From Octopus vulgaris (lineage: Eukaryota): a stretch of 64,000 nucleotides of DNA. Of the stretch, positions 1-14,003 are shown in pieces. A program made the position numbers and the translations under genes. The stretch covers positions 26,784,001 to 26,848,000 of the forward strand of contig OX597835.1 of assembly GCA_951406725.2 (NCBI GenBank), read 5' to 3'. Each line of letters starts with the position of its first letter. The first letter of the stretch is position 1. The notes beneath the pieces are model-generated. The model had not been told where the DNA came from. It was given only the letters and a program-made list of their open reading frames with translations, and ran no database searches.

Positions 1-139
1 ACACATATATTTATACACAATTATTCATACATACATAATTTTGTAAATTCCAACTATATACACATACATACATATATATGCATAAATATACATATGTACA
101 TATATATATGCATATATATATATACATATACATACACAT

Positions 140-178
<39 letters not shown>

Positions 179-196
179 TACATATACATACATACC

Positions 197-236
<40 letters not shown>

Positions 237-630
237 TATTCATATATATATATAGATATATATACATGCATACATAGAATATATATGTGTGTGTGTTTGT
301 GTGTGTATACATATATATATTAATTATTCATACATCCAATTTTTTCCCCATTTTCTTGCCTTCAATATTAATAACATATATATGTCATTACCATAATCCC
401 TAACATATACCAGTAACTTTCACGCTATATGATAGAGATTAACCAGCGTAATATCTTGGACTTTATAATCCCTAATGAGGATATAACTTCCTCGAATTGA
501 CTATATACATCCATATATACACATATATATACATATATATACACACATATATATATATGTACACACATATATATTATATATATATATATACATACATATA
601 TATTATATATATTATATATATATACATACA
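1..630. repeat. (TA)n/(TACA)n-rich low-complexity microsatellite region
   Basis: Interleaved TA, CA and TACA runs; source of the YI/HT/CV-repeat ORFs. Confidence 0.85.
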
Positions 631-1208
631 AATGGCGGTGCCCCAGCTTGGCCACAGCTCGTGAGCTGAAACTAGATAAAATAAAATAAACAAAACATAT
701 ATACAAACACATACATACATTATATGTGGTCATTGGGTATGGCCAATGTGAAAGTTACCAGGTTCATATCCATTATTGCTCTTAGCAATATAGGCCACAC
801 ATCACACGCACAGACACACACACATACACACACACACACGTGTGTATGCATGTGTATGTTATATTTATTCATACCAAATTTCAACATCAAATTAGGGGTT
901 TGACTTTTATACAAAAGTGTGACTTATCCCTAAATAGAGACACTAGATATGCGGCTGTTAACGAGTGTCGTTAAAACGGAATGATGAATTGGTAAATTGG
1001 AGGGAGGCGGGACTCTGTGTTAGGTACAGAATTGGAAGAGGATGTAGAATAATGGTATAAAGACTACACACACATGTTACACACAAATACATATACACAC
1101 ACACATACATCTACACGCACACACACACGCGCACTCACAAATCTACATACACCCACGTAGTTACAGATATAAACATACATATAGAACGATGCACATAGAT
1201 ACACACAT

Positions 1209-1247
<39 letters not shown>

Positions 1248-1704
1248 ACTATATAAGCAAGCGCATACACAAATGCAACTATACACGCATATGCACATTA
1301 ACACAATTACAGATGTAAACACACAGAGTTATGCACAAACCCACACATTCACACACAGACACATTTACATACACAACTACATACATACACACACACACAT
1401 ACACAACTATATACATACACACATGCAACTACAATGACACACACACACACACACACTGACACAACTACATATGCATTCACACACAAAGTACACATATACA
1501 TACACAATAACACACATATATATTCACACATCTACACACTGCAAATATGTCCCCCCCACACACACAAACACTGATGCACAGATAAATATACGCATATAGC
1601 TATATAGGATACATAACATGTGCATACACATACACACAACCACAGACTCAGCTACACAATAATACATACACACACACACATACACACAATGGAGGAAGCC
1701 AGCT

Positions 1705-1893
1705 TTGCTAGAAATAGCAGTCAAATCACTGGTGAAGTTACATCGTTACCATCTTAAAGAAGGAAGGTCAATTCGGACAACATATTTCTAAATAAATTCT
1801 TGCATTCAAATTAAAATCAGGAATGGTCTTAGCTGGAATGCTTTTGATCATTATACCCAAGCAATCATGGCCCTGCTGGAGCTAAATAACAAC
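1705..1893 (+). mobile_element. SINE-like family E copy, diverged
   Basis: GCTAGAAATAGCAGTCAAATC ... GGAATGCTTTTGATCA ... GCTAAATAACAAC. The same motifs occur in reverse at about 5080-5260, 5290-5468 and 12845-13000, and as fragments at about 14335, 39655 and 62645. Confidence 0.6.
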
Positions 1894-2030
1894 ACACATA
1901 CACTACACACTTACAGACATAGGCAATTATACACAAACACAACATACACATATGCACACACATTCACAGACTCACACATACACACACACAGTCACAACAA
2001 TATACACACACACACACACACACAACACAC

Positions 2031-2288
2031 AACAGTCAGAACTACACACATAGATATATCACACATACATGCACACAGACTCAACTACATGGACACACAC
2101 ACACACACACATGCATACAGTAATAGCTACACACAGACTCACATAACATGCACACACACACACACAAACAGAACAGTCAGAACTACACACATAGAAAAAT
2201 CACACACACACACACACAGCCTCAACTACATTGATACACACACACACATGCATACAGTAATAGCTACACACAGACACACATAACATGC

Positions 2289-2319
<31 letters not shown>

Positions 2320-2870
2320 ACAATCAGAACTACACACAGAAATATCACACACACACACAGCCTCAACTACATGTATACACACATAGACATGCACACAGTC
2401 ATAGCTACACACAGACACACATAACATGCACACACACACACACACAACAGTCAGAACTACACACATAGAAATATCACACATACACACACAGCTTCAACTA
2501 CATGGATACACATACACACATGCACACAGTCATAGCTACACACAGACACACATGATGTGCACACACACACACACATAAACACAACAGTCAGAACTACACA
2601 CAGAAATATCACACACACACACAGCCTCAACTACATGGATACACACACACACATGCACACAGTCATAGCTACACACAGACACACATAACATGTACACATA
2701 CACACACAAACACACACAGACACAACAGTCAGAACTACACACATAGAAATATCACACACACATAGCCTCAACTACATGGATACACACACACACACGCTCA
2801 CAGTCATAGCCACACACAGATACACATAACATGCACACACACACACACACATAGAAATATCACACATACA
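2031..2870. repeat. Compound minisatellite, about 127-147 bp unit, about 6 copies
   Basis: Anchor AACAGTCAGAACTAC at 2031, 2172, 2319 (variant), 2446, 2583 and 2724. Each unit also carries CTCAACTACATG and CATAGCTACAC, separated by variable (CA)n. Confidence 0.85.
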
Positions 2871-4289
2871 CACACACACATGCACACTGCCATAACTACA
2901 CACAGATACACATGACATGCACATACACACACATAGAAATTTCACACATACACACATGTACAGTCATAGCTACACACAGACACACATGACACGCACACAC
3001 ACATACACACACACAGAATGACATAGAACAATGCCATACACAAAATCACATGCTAACCACACAACAGACAGGCAGACAGGCAGGCAGACATACACAAAGA
3101 TTCACTTACACACATTCGCATACAAGTGCACAAATACACACGTACACACACACAGCTCCACCCGCACACACACAACACACGAATACATACAGACACATAC
3201 ACACACACATAGAATGACATAAAACCCGAAACAATCGCACGTCACAATTACACACAGCGATAAAACTACACACACACACACGCAATTACGCATGCACACT
3301 CAGTTACATCCTCACACACACACTCATGCACACACACACGCACACACAATTAAATACGTCAGAGAATTCTATAAATAGATCAGCACCATTTAGAATTATT
3401 ATGGGAATTGGTCTCAAAGTGGAATTGTAGCATAGGTAGTAGTGATAGTGGTGGTAAAGCAGTCGAGGTGTGAAGTTGCAGTACTGGAGGCAGTGTTGTA
3501 GTGGTGAAGGCGGTGTAAGATTAGATGCACTGGAGGTACTGTGGCATTATAGTGTAGGTGGTAGTATTAAAGTTGTGGTGTTAATGTTGTAGTATATGTA
3601 GTAGTAGAGGTGTAGTAATTGTGTTGTAGTATCGGTGGTAGTGTTGTTGTAGAGGTTGTAGTGGTGTTGGTAGTATAGGAATGGTGGTGTGAAGTTGTGG
3701 TATTGGAGGTAGTGTTAGTAGTAGTACTAAAGTTGTAGTGATAATGTAGTATATGTAGTAGTAGAGGTGTAGTAACTGTGTTGTAGTATGGGTGATAGTA
3801 TTACAGTACAAGTGATAGCTGTGTAGAGGTGTTGAAGTGTTGGTAACAGTGGCTATTGTAGTATAGGTCGTAGTGGTTTAGTAGTGTAATAACGATGTAG
3901 TATATAGTATAGGTGGTAGTGGTGGCGTTGTGTAGTGGTACCGGTGGTAGTTTTGTAGTGATTGTGTTACAGTATTGATGTGAATGACGTAGTAGCAGAG
4001 TGGTATGTGGTGTGGTATTGGCTCTGGTTGTAGTGTGCAGGTATTGTAGCGGTGGTGGTGGCCATGGTGGTGTTGTTGAGCCGCAACAAGACTTTTATAA
4101 TGATCTTTGCGGTCGCCAACTGGATCAGTTATGACCCAGGGCTAAACAACAGCAGCAGCAGCAAAGAAGAAACGAGATTTTTAAAGGTATTTTGTAGTGC
4201 TACGTGCACTACCTATGAATATCAGACGAGATGGCCATGGCCGGAGCGCTTTCTTGCAGCCAGGAGCTAAACAAAAGCAGCTACAACGA

Positions 4290-4690
4290 CGATGACGACC
4301 ACTACCACTACTACAACTACTACAACAACCACCACCACCTATACCACCACCACCAATACGACCACTACTACTACTACAACTACCACCACCACTACTACTA
4401 CAACTACCACCACCACCACTACACTACTACAACTGCTACCACCACCACTACACTACTACAACTGCTACCACCACCACTACTACTACAACTACCACCACCA
4501 CCACCACTACTACTACTACTATAACTTCAACCACCACCACCATCACTACTACTACCGCCACCAGCACTACACTACTACAACTGCTACCACTATTACTACT
4601 ACTACAACTACCGCCACCACTACTACCACTCCTATTACTACTACTACTACTACTACAACGACCACTACCACCACTACAACTACAACAAGC
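4290..4690. repeat. (ACT/ACC)n trinucleotide array
   Basis: Mixed CTA/CCA/CAA triplets; gives the poly-Thr/His/Val ORFs. Confidence 0.9.
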
Positions 4691-4940
4691 ATCAAATAAC
4701 ACCACTCGCCTCGCCCACCCTCGTAATCACGCCCATGTCACCACTACACGACGACACGGTGTGCCAACAAGGTGAGACAGGGAGGAACTTCCATGCGGTC
4801 ACACGGACTGCAAGAAATAGCAGCCAACAGTAAAATACCAGCCAGAAGAATAGATATCGCCATGCTCTGCGTATACCAACAGGCACCTATACACACACAC
4901 ACACACGCATATATACACATGTGTGTGTGCATATATGGAA

Positions 4941-4979
<39 letters not shown>

Positions 4980-5079
4980 CATACATACATACATACATAC
5001 ATACATACATACATACATACATGTATGTATGTATATATTTATGTTTAGTGTGTGTGTGTGTGTGGTGTCATGCAGTGCC

Positions 5080-5468
5080 TTACCCCGAGGCTAACCTAAA
5101 CTAGAACGAGCAGATGGTATGATCAAAGACCACTTCAACCGTGACCATCTCGTCCATCTTTCGCAGTGTATCTAGGACTACATTATGCCACATGTTTTCC
5201 TATCAGAATATGATGTGTAAGATATTTGGCTGCTATTTCCAGCTAGTCGAGGTCTCACTTAGCGAATCGTACAAGCTGCTGCTGCTGCTGTTGTTGTTGT
5301 TGTTTTAACCCTAGGTCATTCCAGCTTCAGCAGACCTTTGATCAATGGCGTTTCATCTGTGACCACCGTGCTCCTTTGTAGAACTACAGTAAGATTGTTC
5401 AATGTGCCCTTCTTTCCTTTGACAAGCTAGACTGTGGTTGGCAGGCGATTTGGTTGCTATGTCTAGCA
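5080..5468 (-). mobile_element. Two adjacent family E copies, diverged
   Basis: Each has GAGCAGA..TATGATCAAAG or CAGACCTTTGATCAATG and ends in ATTTGG(C/T)TGCTAT.TC.AGC, the reverse complement of the family E head. Confidence 0.55.
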
Positions 5469-5659
5469 GTAGCTTCATTGTTGATACGTGTGTGTGTGTA
5501 AAGGCACGTGTGAATGGGTGCGTAAGCGTGTATGTAGTTTTGCGATCTGTATGCATCAATATTAATTATGGACAAGTCCACGTAGGTTACAAGCATGTTT
5601 TTACATGTATATACAAGTATACACACGTATGTGTGTGTATATATATATATATATATATA

Positions 5660-5841
5660 AACTCGGGTCCGTGTGTATCATGTCAGGTTGGAGATGGTAA
5701 GGATGGCTTCCCTTTACAAATACTGATAGGGCACAGAAAGTGTGTCAATAGCCAGCTGGAGGAGGTGTCCTCCTGGGGCTACAAGCTACAGTAGCATCCA
5801 CCCTTAGGGGTTAGCCACATTTAAGTGGCACATATACTCCA

Positions 5842-5843
<2 letters not shown>
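5660..5843 (+). mobile_element. Truncated retrozyme/Penelope-pLTR-like element, homolog of the 27846-28365 unit; starts within the HHR 3' half
   Basis: Flanked by (TA)n on both sides. Begins AAA-CTCGGG-TC-CGTGTG (minus strand of 28063-28080 reads GAAA-CTATAG-TC-CGTATG). Also shares CCCTTT.CAAATA, CCTGGGGCTA.AAGC and TAGCCACATT. Confidence 0.65.
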
Positions 5844-5902
<59 letters not shown>

Positions 5903-5979
5903 TATATATATGTATATATATATTTCGTTTTTGCAAGATTCTTTATATGAGTTCGTGTGTTGACGAATTCAACACAACA

Positions 5980-6054
<75 letters not shown>

Positions 6055-6268
6055 CACGCGTGTGAGTATACCTGTGTGGGTACGTTCTGTGTGCGTATAT
6101 GTATATATTGGATAATATGCGATGTTGTACAGCATTGTTTTGCGGTGTATATTAATTAACATACATTAAACTTTCTATGCATGAATGATTTTTGTCTGTA
6201 CAAGTGAATGCAGTGCAGGTATGTTATTTATACAGGTGTGTGTATACATACATGTATAGATACATATA

Positions 6269-6315
<47 letters not shown>

Positions 6316-6354
6316 GTTTACATATACATATATATACACATATATATACACACA

Positions 6355-6409
<55 letters not shown>

Positions 6410-6607
6410 GTATAGATACATATAAAGGGGAAACAGTAGGCGGATGCGTTCCCGGTCAGAAATAACAGCCAAATACCTTTCTTTGTCTCCCACCTTCTCT
6501 CTCTCTCTCTATCTCTCTAATCCCCGCCTTCCATAGAAACAGGATACTGCGTTGCTTATGAAAGTGACAGTGATGGTCACGGTTGGAATAAGTTCCGTTG
6601 TATAGGT

Positions 6608-6829
6608 ATGCTGGACCAGGCCTAGCCGCCTTTAGTCGAACAAATCGAACCCAGAACTCTGGCTTTGCAAGCCTATTACTTATTCTATCGGTCTCTTTTT
6701 GTCGAACTGCTTAGGTTACAGGAATGTAAACATACCAGCATCGGTTGTCAAGCGATTGTGGGAGGAAGAGAGCACATATACACACACACACACACACATA
6801 CACACACATATATATATATATACATATAT

Positions 6830-6906
<77 letters not shown>

Positions 6907-6907
6907 T

Positions 6908-6969
<62 letters not shown>

Positions 6970-7124
6970 GGCGGGCGTCTTTCAGTTTCCGTCTATCAAA
7001 TCCACTCACAAGGCTTTGGTCGACTCAAGGCTATAGTAGAAGACACTTGCCCAAGGTGCCGCACAGTGTGACTGAACTCGAAACCATGTGATTGGTTACC
7101 AACTCCTTACCACACAGCCACGCC
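6608..7124 (-). mobile_element. tRNA-derived SINE family A with internal (TA)/(CA) expansion
   Basis: Reverse complement of head GGCGTGGCTGTGTGGTAAG..ACATGGTTTCGAGTTCAGTC and of CACCTTGGGCAAGTGTCTTCTACTATAGCC; tail GTCGAACAAATCGA. Confidence 0.85.
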
Positions 7125-7185
7125 TTGTATATTATTCATGTATACACTTTAATGAATATGCATACTAACAACAACAACAAAACCA

Positions 7186-7287
<102 letters not shown>

Positions 7288-7608
7288 GCTACCACCATCA
7301 CTACTACCACCGCTACCACCATCACTACTACCACCTCTGGTCAGGATTCAGAAATCCAAAGTGTTCCTAAATTGTCAAAAAGAGATGATGATTAGTCGGT
7401 TGAACCTAGACTGACCGTTGGCCAAAAAGGTTCTTCTGTCCAGACTGTGTCTTGTAGCGTTTGGCCAACTGAAGATCATACATCGAATGGAAATCACTAC
7501 CTTCGAAGTGACATCTGCCACGGTTGCTCGCCATTGCTTCCTTGTGACCCTGATTCGGGGGTGGGGCTCTTTGTTGCGGTTAACTCCTCTATATGCACAT
7601 ACATAAAT

Positions 7609-7669
<61 letters not shown>

Positions 7670-7670
<1 letters not shown>

Positions 7671-8035
7671 TCTTTTACTCTTTTACTTGTTTCAGTCATT
7701 TGACTGCGGCCATGCTGGAGCACCGCCTTTAGTCGAGCAAGTCAACCCCGGCACTTATTCTTTGTAAGCCCAGTACTTATTCTATCGGTCTCTTTTTTGC
7801 CGAACCGCTAAGTAACGGGGACGTAAACACACCCGCATCGGTTGTCAAGCAATGCTAGGGGGACAAACACAGACACACAAACACACACATATATATATAT
7901 ACATATATACGACAGGCTTCTTTCAGTTTCCGTCTACCAAAATCCACTCACAAGGCATTGGTCGGCCCGAGGCTAGAGTAGAAGACACTTGCCCAAGATG
8001 CCACGCAGTGGGACTGAACCCGGAACCATGTGGTT
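7670..8035 (-). mobile_element. SINE family A, 5'-truncated
   Basis: Tail CTCTTTTACTTGTTTCAGTCATTTGACTGCGGCCATGCTGGAGCACCGCC through GGACTGAACCCGGAACCATGTGG. Confidence 0.9.
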
Positions 8036-8111
8036 ATATATATATAAATACATATGTTCATTATGAATCTATGGGAATACATATCTCTCTCTCTCTCTAT
8101 CTATCTATCTC

Positions 8112-8242
<131 letters not shown>

Positions 8243-8486
8243 ATCTATCTATATATATATATGTATTTATGTGTATATATATATATAAACGACCATTTGA
8301 AAATACAACAGCAAACAAGAGGACGTGCACATGTATGTATGTGTTTATACATACACACACACATATATATATATATGTATGCATGTATGTATTTAATACA
8401 TATGTATATATATATGTTTATATGCACACACATACTCATGAGTAGTATAACAAAAGCACTCATATACATACGCACTACAAACGCAC

Positions 8487-8521
<35 letters not shown>

Positions 8522-8862
8522 TCACATACACACACACACATATACACACAAGTGCACGTGCGTGTGTGTGTTTGTGAAGAGACAGCTACTGCTACATCAT
8601 GAAAATCGCACGTGTGTATGTGTGCACGCATAAACACTTGATGCACGCCACATATACATGCAATTATGCACATATGCATGCACATATATATTTGTATATA
8701 TATATATATATATATACATACACACACATTGTATAATACAAGGCAACAGCTCAGCTGTACACTATGACAACGACTATCAACAGCTTTCATTGACGTAAGA
8801 GAAAATGGGTGTGAAAGGGGGAGGGGTGAATTCTATGTAATAATAGTAATGAGGACGATCAC

Positions 8863-9095
8863 GATGATGATGATGGTGATGATGATGGTGATGACGATGA
8901 TGATGATGGTGATGATGATGATGATGGTGATGATGATGGTGATGACGATGATGATGATGGTGATGATGATGATGATGATGGTGATGATGATGGTGATGAT
9001 GATGACGGTGATGATGGTGATGATGATGGTGATGATGATGATGATGGTGGTGATGGTGATGATGATGGTGGTGGTGATGATGATGGTGATGACAA

Positions 9096-9126
<31 letters not shown>

Positions 9127-9175
9127 GATGATGGTGCTGGTTGTGGTGGTGGTGATGGCGATGGTGGTGGTGGTG
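8863..9175. repeat. (GAT/GGT)n trinucleotide array
   Basis: Poly-GAT with GGT interruptions; similar arrays at about 11281-11465, 13875-14015 and 14405-14630. Confidence 0.9.
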
Positions 9176-10234
9176 TCGGAATAGGGATGTGGACGTGCTT
9201 GGTGGCGGCATTTCTATGCATGCATGCATGCATGTAAGTTAGTATGTATGTATGTACAGGTGTGCATGCATGTTTGCATACGTGTGTGCTTGTGCATGCA
9301 TGCAAATATGTATGTGTTTGTGTGTGTGTGTGTTTGTGGGGGGGGGGCGGTTCATGCAAGAAATAAATTGTAACAAACGTGAAGGTTTCATACTTTTGAA
9401 TGAAATAGTTGACAGATACGTGTGTATATATATATATATATACTCACGCGCACACGTGCTTGTGTGGATATGCATATAGCCTTGTTATTTTATATAGATT
9501 CCCTTTATTTATGGAAACGGTAGTATGTACATCTATCGACCTATCTTCTCTGTCTCTCCTCCATCTTTCTCTTCGTCGATGATTCTCTATCATCTATCTA
9601 TCTATCTATTTGTCTGTCTGTCTGTCTGTCTTCCTGTCTGTGTGAATGTATGTATGTGAAAAATAGAGAGAGAGAGCGTTAGTGTATACACACACACACA
9701 GATAGATAATTAGATTGATATATATATATAGAGAGAGAGATAGAGATAGAGAGATAGATGGATGGATAAATTAAGGTTCATATATGTGCATATATTAACA
9801 TATATACGTAAAACACATTTACACAAATATATATATACATACACACATATATACATACACCCACACATACCTACACACACATGCATACATGCATACATAC
9901 ATACACACACATACATACATACACGCATGCATACATACATACACACACATACATACATACATACATACTCTCAAGGCCGCATATATTGTGTATAATGGAC
10001 GAGCGCACTATACTCACCAAAAATAGTTATAATCTTTCTAATAAATCTATTCTTACACTATCCTGATATAATCTGATCGTTATTTGTTCTACAACTCTAT
10101 TTATATATACTCGGAAGTCATGAATTCAGTCAGGCCAACGTCGTATTGTGTCTAGAAACAGCCCAGAAATTCCATGTTTATATTCGAAAAACCGATTTGT
10201 GAGGGTCGTCTGCTCGGAAAGACACTCCTATGAC

Positions 10235-10288
<54 letters not shown>

Positions 10289-10391
10289 CGCTACACATAT
10301 ATCTATATACATATACGCTTATTTTTTACATTTCCATTGAAATTATACACAAGATATACGGCCTTGAGAGTATGTAACATATGTATATATA

Positions 10392-10427
<36 letters not shown>

Positions 10428-10807
10428 TGTATGTATGTATGTATCTATATATGCATGTATGTGTGTATGTATGCATGTATGTATGTGTGGGTGTATGTAT
10501 ATATGTGTGTATGTATATATATATTTGTGTAAATGTGTATATATGTTAATATATGCACATATTGAATTAATTAGAAAAAGGGAAGGCCGTAACACGTGCC
10601 CTTTTAAAAGGGTGTCCGATATTTGTGGGAGTAAAAAAAAACAAAAAAAGAAGCGGGGTTACTGTTATTTTATATATACCCAGGGTGGAAAATAGACCTG
10701 AAACAAGGCTTGGAGTGACCGACTTAACATCCAGCTTAATGGGGTTAAACCAGGCATCGTGTTAAGTCCATTCTTCTAACACCACCATACACACGCACAA
10801 ACACACA

Positions 10808-10843
<36 letters not shown>

Positions 10844-11122
10844 CACACACACAGACACACACACACAATTATATATACACGTACGTATGTGAAAATAGGT
10901 CCAAAAATCTATTTTTTCGCGCATGCACATACACAAACGTCTAAAAATAGACGAGCATATCTATATATAAATATACATTTGTCTGTTACATACATTATGC
11001 ATATGTGTGTATATGTGTGTGTGTGTGTTTGTGTGTGCGTGTGTATGTGATTACGTGTATATGCGTGTGTCTTTCATATGTATTATTTTTAATCGACAGA
11101 AAGCTACATGCACATACATGTA

Positions 11123-11200
<78 letters not shown>

Positions 11201-11315
11201 CACATACAGACACATATTTACATATACACAATCAACGATAAACACATATACATAACAAAACAGCAGCACACAAAGACACATGATGATGATGATGATGATG
11301 GTGTTGATTATTATT

Positions 11316-11347
<32 letters not shown>

Positions 11348-11973
11348 GGTGATGATGATGATGATGATGATGGTGGTGATGATGATGATGATGATGATGA
11401 TGATGGTAATGATGATAGGTGGTGATGCTGGTTGTGGTGGTGGTGGTGATGGTGGTGGTGGTGGTGTCGGAATAGGGATGTGGACGTGCTTGGTGGCGGC
11501 ATATGTATGCATGCAAGGAGCACACAGAGACACATGTATGATTACATTACGCGTTGTTTTCTACATACATACATATCATATAATCTATATCTACCAATAT
11601 ATACACACACACACACCTACACACCCATTATACACAAAAGTATCTTGCCTCCTACCCTTGCAACACGTACACGCGTGCAATGTACGTGCGTTTGTTTTAT
11701 CGATTTATGCGCGCGTAAAACGCATGTTGGAATGCCTATGCGCATGCGCAACTACGGAAACATTTTTCACAACTATTCGCACATACTCATGATACATACA
11801 CACACATATAAGTGCGTGTGTGTTTGTATGTGTGTGTCCGTCACTACATATAGTCGAGCAGTGAGAAACATGCATCTATATTCAGTTATGAATATATATA
11901 TGTATATACACACTCACACACACACATACAGATATATAATATATATAATGCGCACGCTCTCTCTCTCTCTCAA

Positions 11974-12005
<32 letters not shown>

Positions 12006-12369
12006 ACACACACACATACATATGCACGCATACACACGCTCACGTACAGACCCAAAAACAGACTTCATTATAAGCTCAAAATTCACATACATAATAAACA
12101 CAGACAATGATACACACACACACGCGCACACACATATATAAACATATATATACGTACACATCCATATAGATGCATATCCATTACACACATAAATGTAGGT
12201 ATGCACATATTTTTACACACACACGCACACTTATGTATGTGTGTGTGTGTGTATATATATATATACATATATACATATATATATACACACACATAGATGA
12301 AAAATGCATTGTCCATAAACAACAGATAAAAAATGTATACGTATATTGAGTGTAGAGAGAAAGAGAGAG

Positions 12370-12436
<67 letters not shown>

Positions 12437-12778
12437 CAGGTAGGTAGGTAGGTAGGTAGGTATGTAGGTAGGTAGGTAGGGAGATAGATATGCATACACA
12501 CATACATAGATGTACGTGTACACGTAAACATAGATACACATGGTGAAAGTGAAAGTACAAAATCAGAACGAATGCTATAGAGACATGAGGAAAAGCAAGA
12601 AACAGATGGTTGGAGGGGGTGGCTTGAGTAGTAGTGGCAGTAGATGTAGTAAGGTGGAGATAGTAGTAGTGGCAGTAGTAGTGTTAGTAGTAGTAGTATC
12701 AACATCATCAGCATCAGCATAGCAGTCGTATTAGTAGCTGTATCATCATTATCATCGTCAGCAGCAAGTAATAGTCGC

Positions 12779-12828
<50 letters not shown>

Positions 12829-13151
12829 AAGTAGAATAATTGGTGTTTCGCTCCAGGTCTGTGTACCGTTGGAGCAATTTAATGAGCCAAAGACAGCCCA
12901 GCCATGCCGATCCCGCCTTTGTCTATGTGTATCTAGGACTACGTTATCGAACGTGTGTTCGTGTTTTTCGCAATATTTTTGTTACTATTTCTAAGAAATC
13001 GTTCGAACGAATTTAAATACACGACACACACACATACTCTCTCTTTCTATGTAGTAGTAGTAGTAGTAATCGTAGTAGTAGCTGTCGTAGTGGTGGTGGT
13101 GGTAGCAGCAGCAGTAGTAATTGTAGTTGTGGTGGTGGTAGTAGTAGTAGT

Positions 13152-13197
<46 letters not shown>

Positions 13198-13911
13198 ATG
13201 GTGGTGGCGGTACTGTTGATGCCGCTCATTGTGGCAGTGGTGATGTATGCTAGTGGTACTGTATACTAGTATATGCTGTAGTATTAGTAGTAGTAGTAGT
13301 AGTTTCTGGTGAGGGAAATGATGGTAGTGGTTGTGGTGGAGTATAATAGTTTCTATCGCAGTGGTAGTATTGTTGTTGGTGGTGGTGGTTGTGGTGGTGG
13401 TGGTGGTAGTGGTGGTGGCGGTGCCGGTGGAGGCGGTGCCGGTGGAGGCGGCGGCGGCGTCGGGACAGCTGAGACAGAGATATGTAATCTGATTTCACAA
13501 TAAATTGGATGTTATCACAGGGAGAAATGTAATTAAAAGCAACGTAAAATACATATAAGGAGGCGGTGGTGGCGGCGGGGGTGGTAGTGGCGGTGGCGGT
13601 GCTGCTGGAGGTAGTAGTAGTAGTAGTGGTGGTAGTGGTGATGTGATGGTCGTTACGGTAATGTTGATTGTTGTGATGTTGATGATGATGTTTGTAGTGG
13701 TAGTAGTAGTAGTAGTATTAGTAGTGATGATTACAATGATAACGATGACGATGATGACGATGATGATGATGATGGTGGTGGTGGTAGTGGTGGCTGTGGT
13801 ATTGTTGTTTTTGGTAGTGATGGTGGTGGTAATGGTAGTAGTAGTAGTGACCATGATCCGGTGATAGCGATAATCATGACGACGACGACGACGGCGATGA
13901 TGATGATGGTG

Positions 13912-14003
<92 letters not shown>

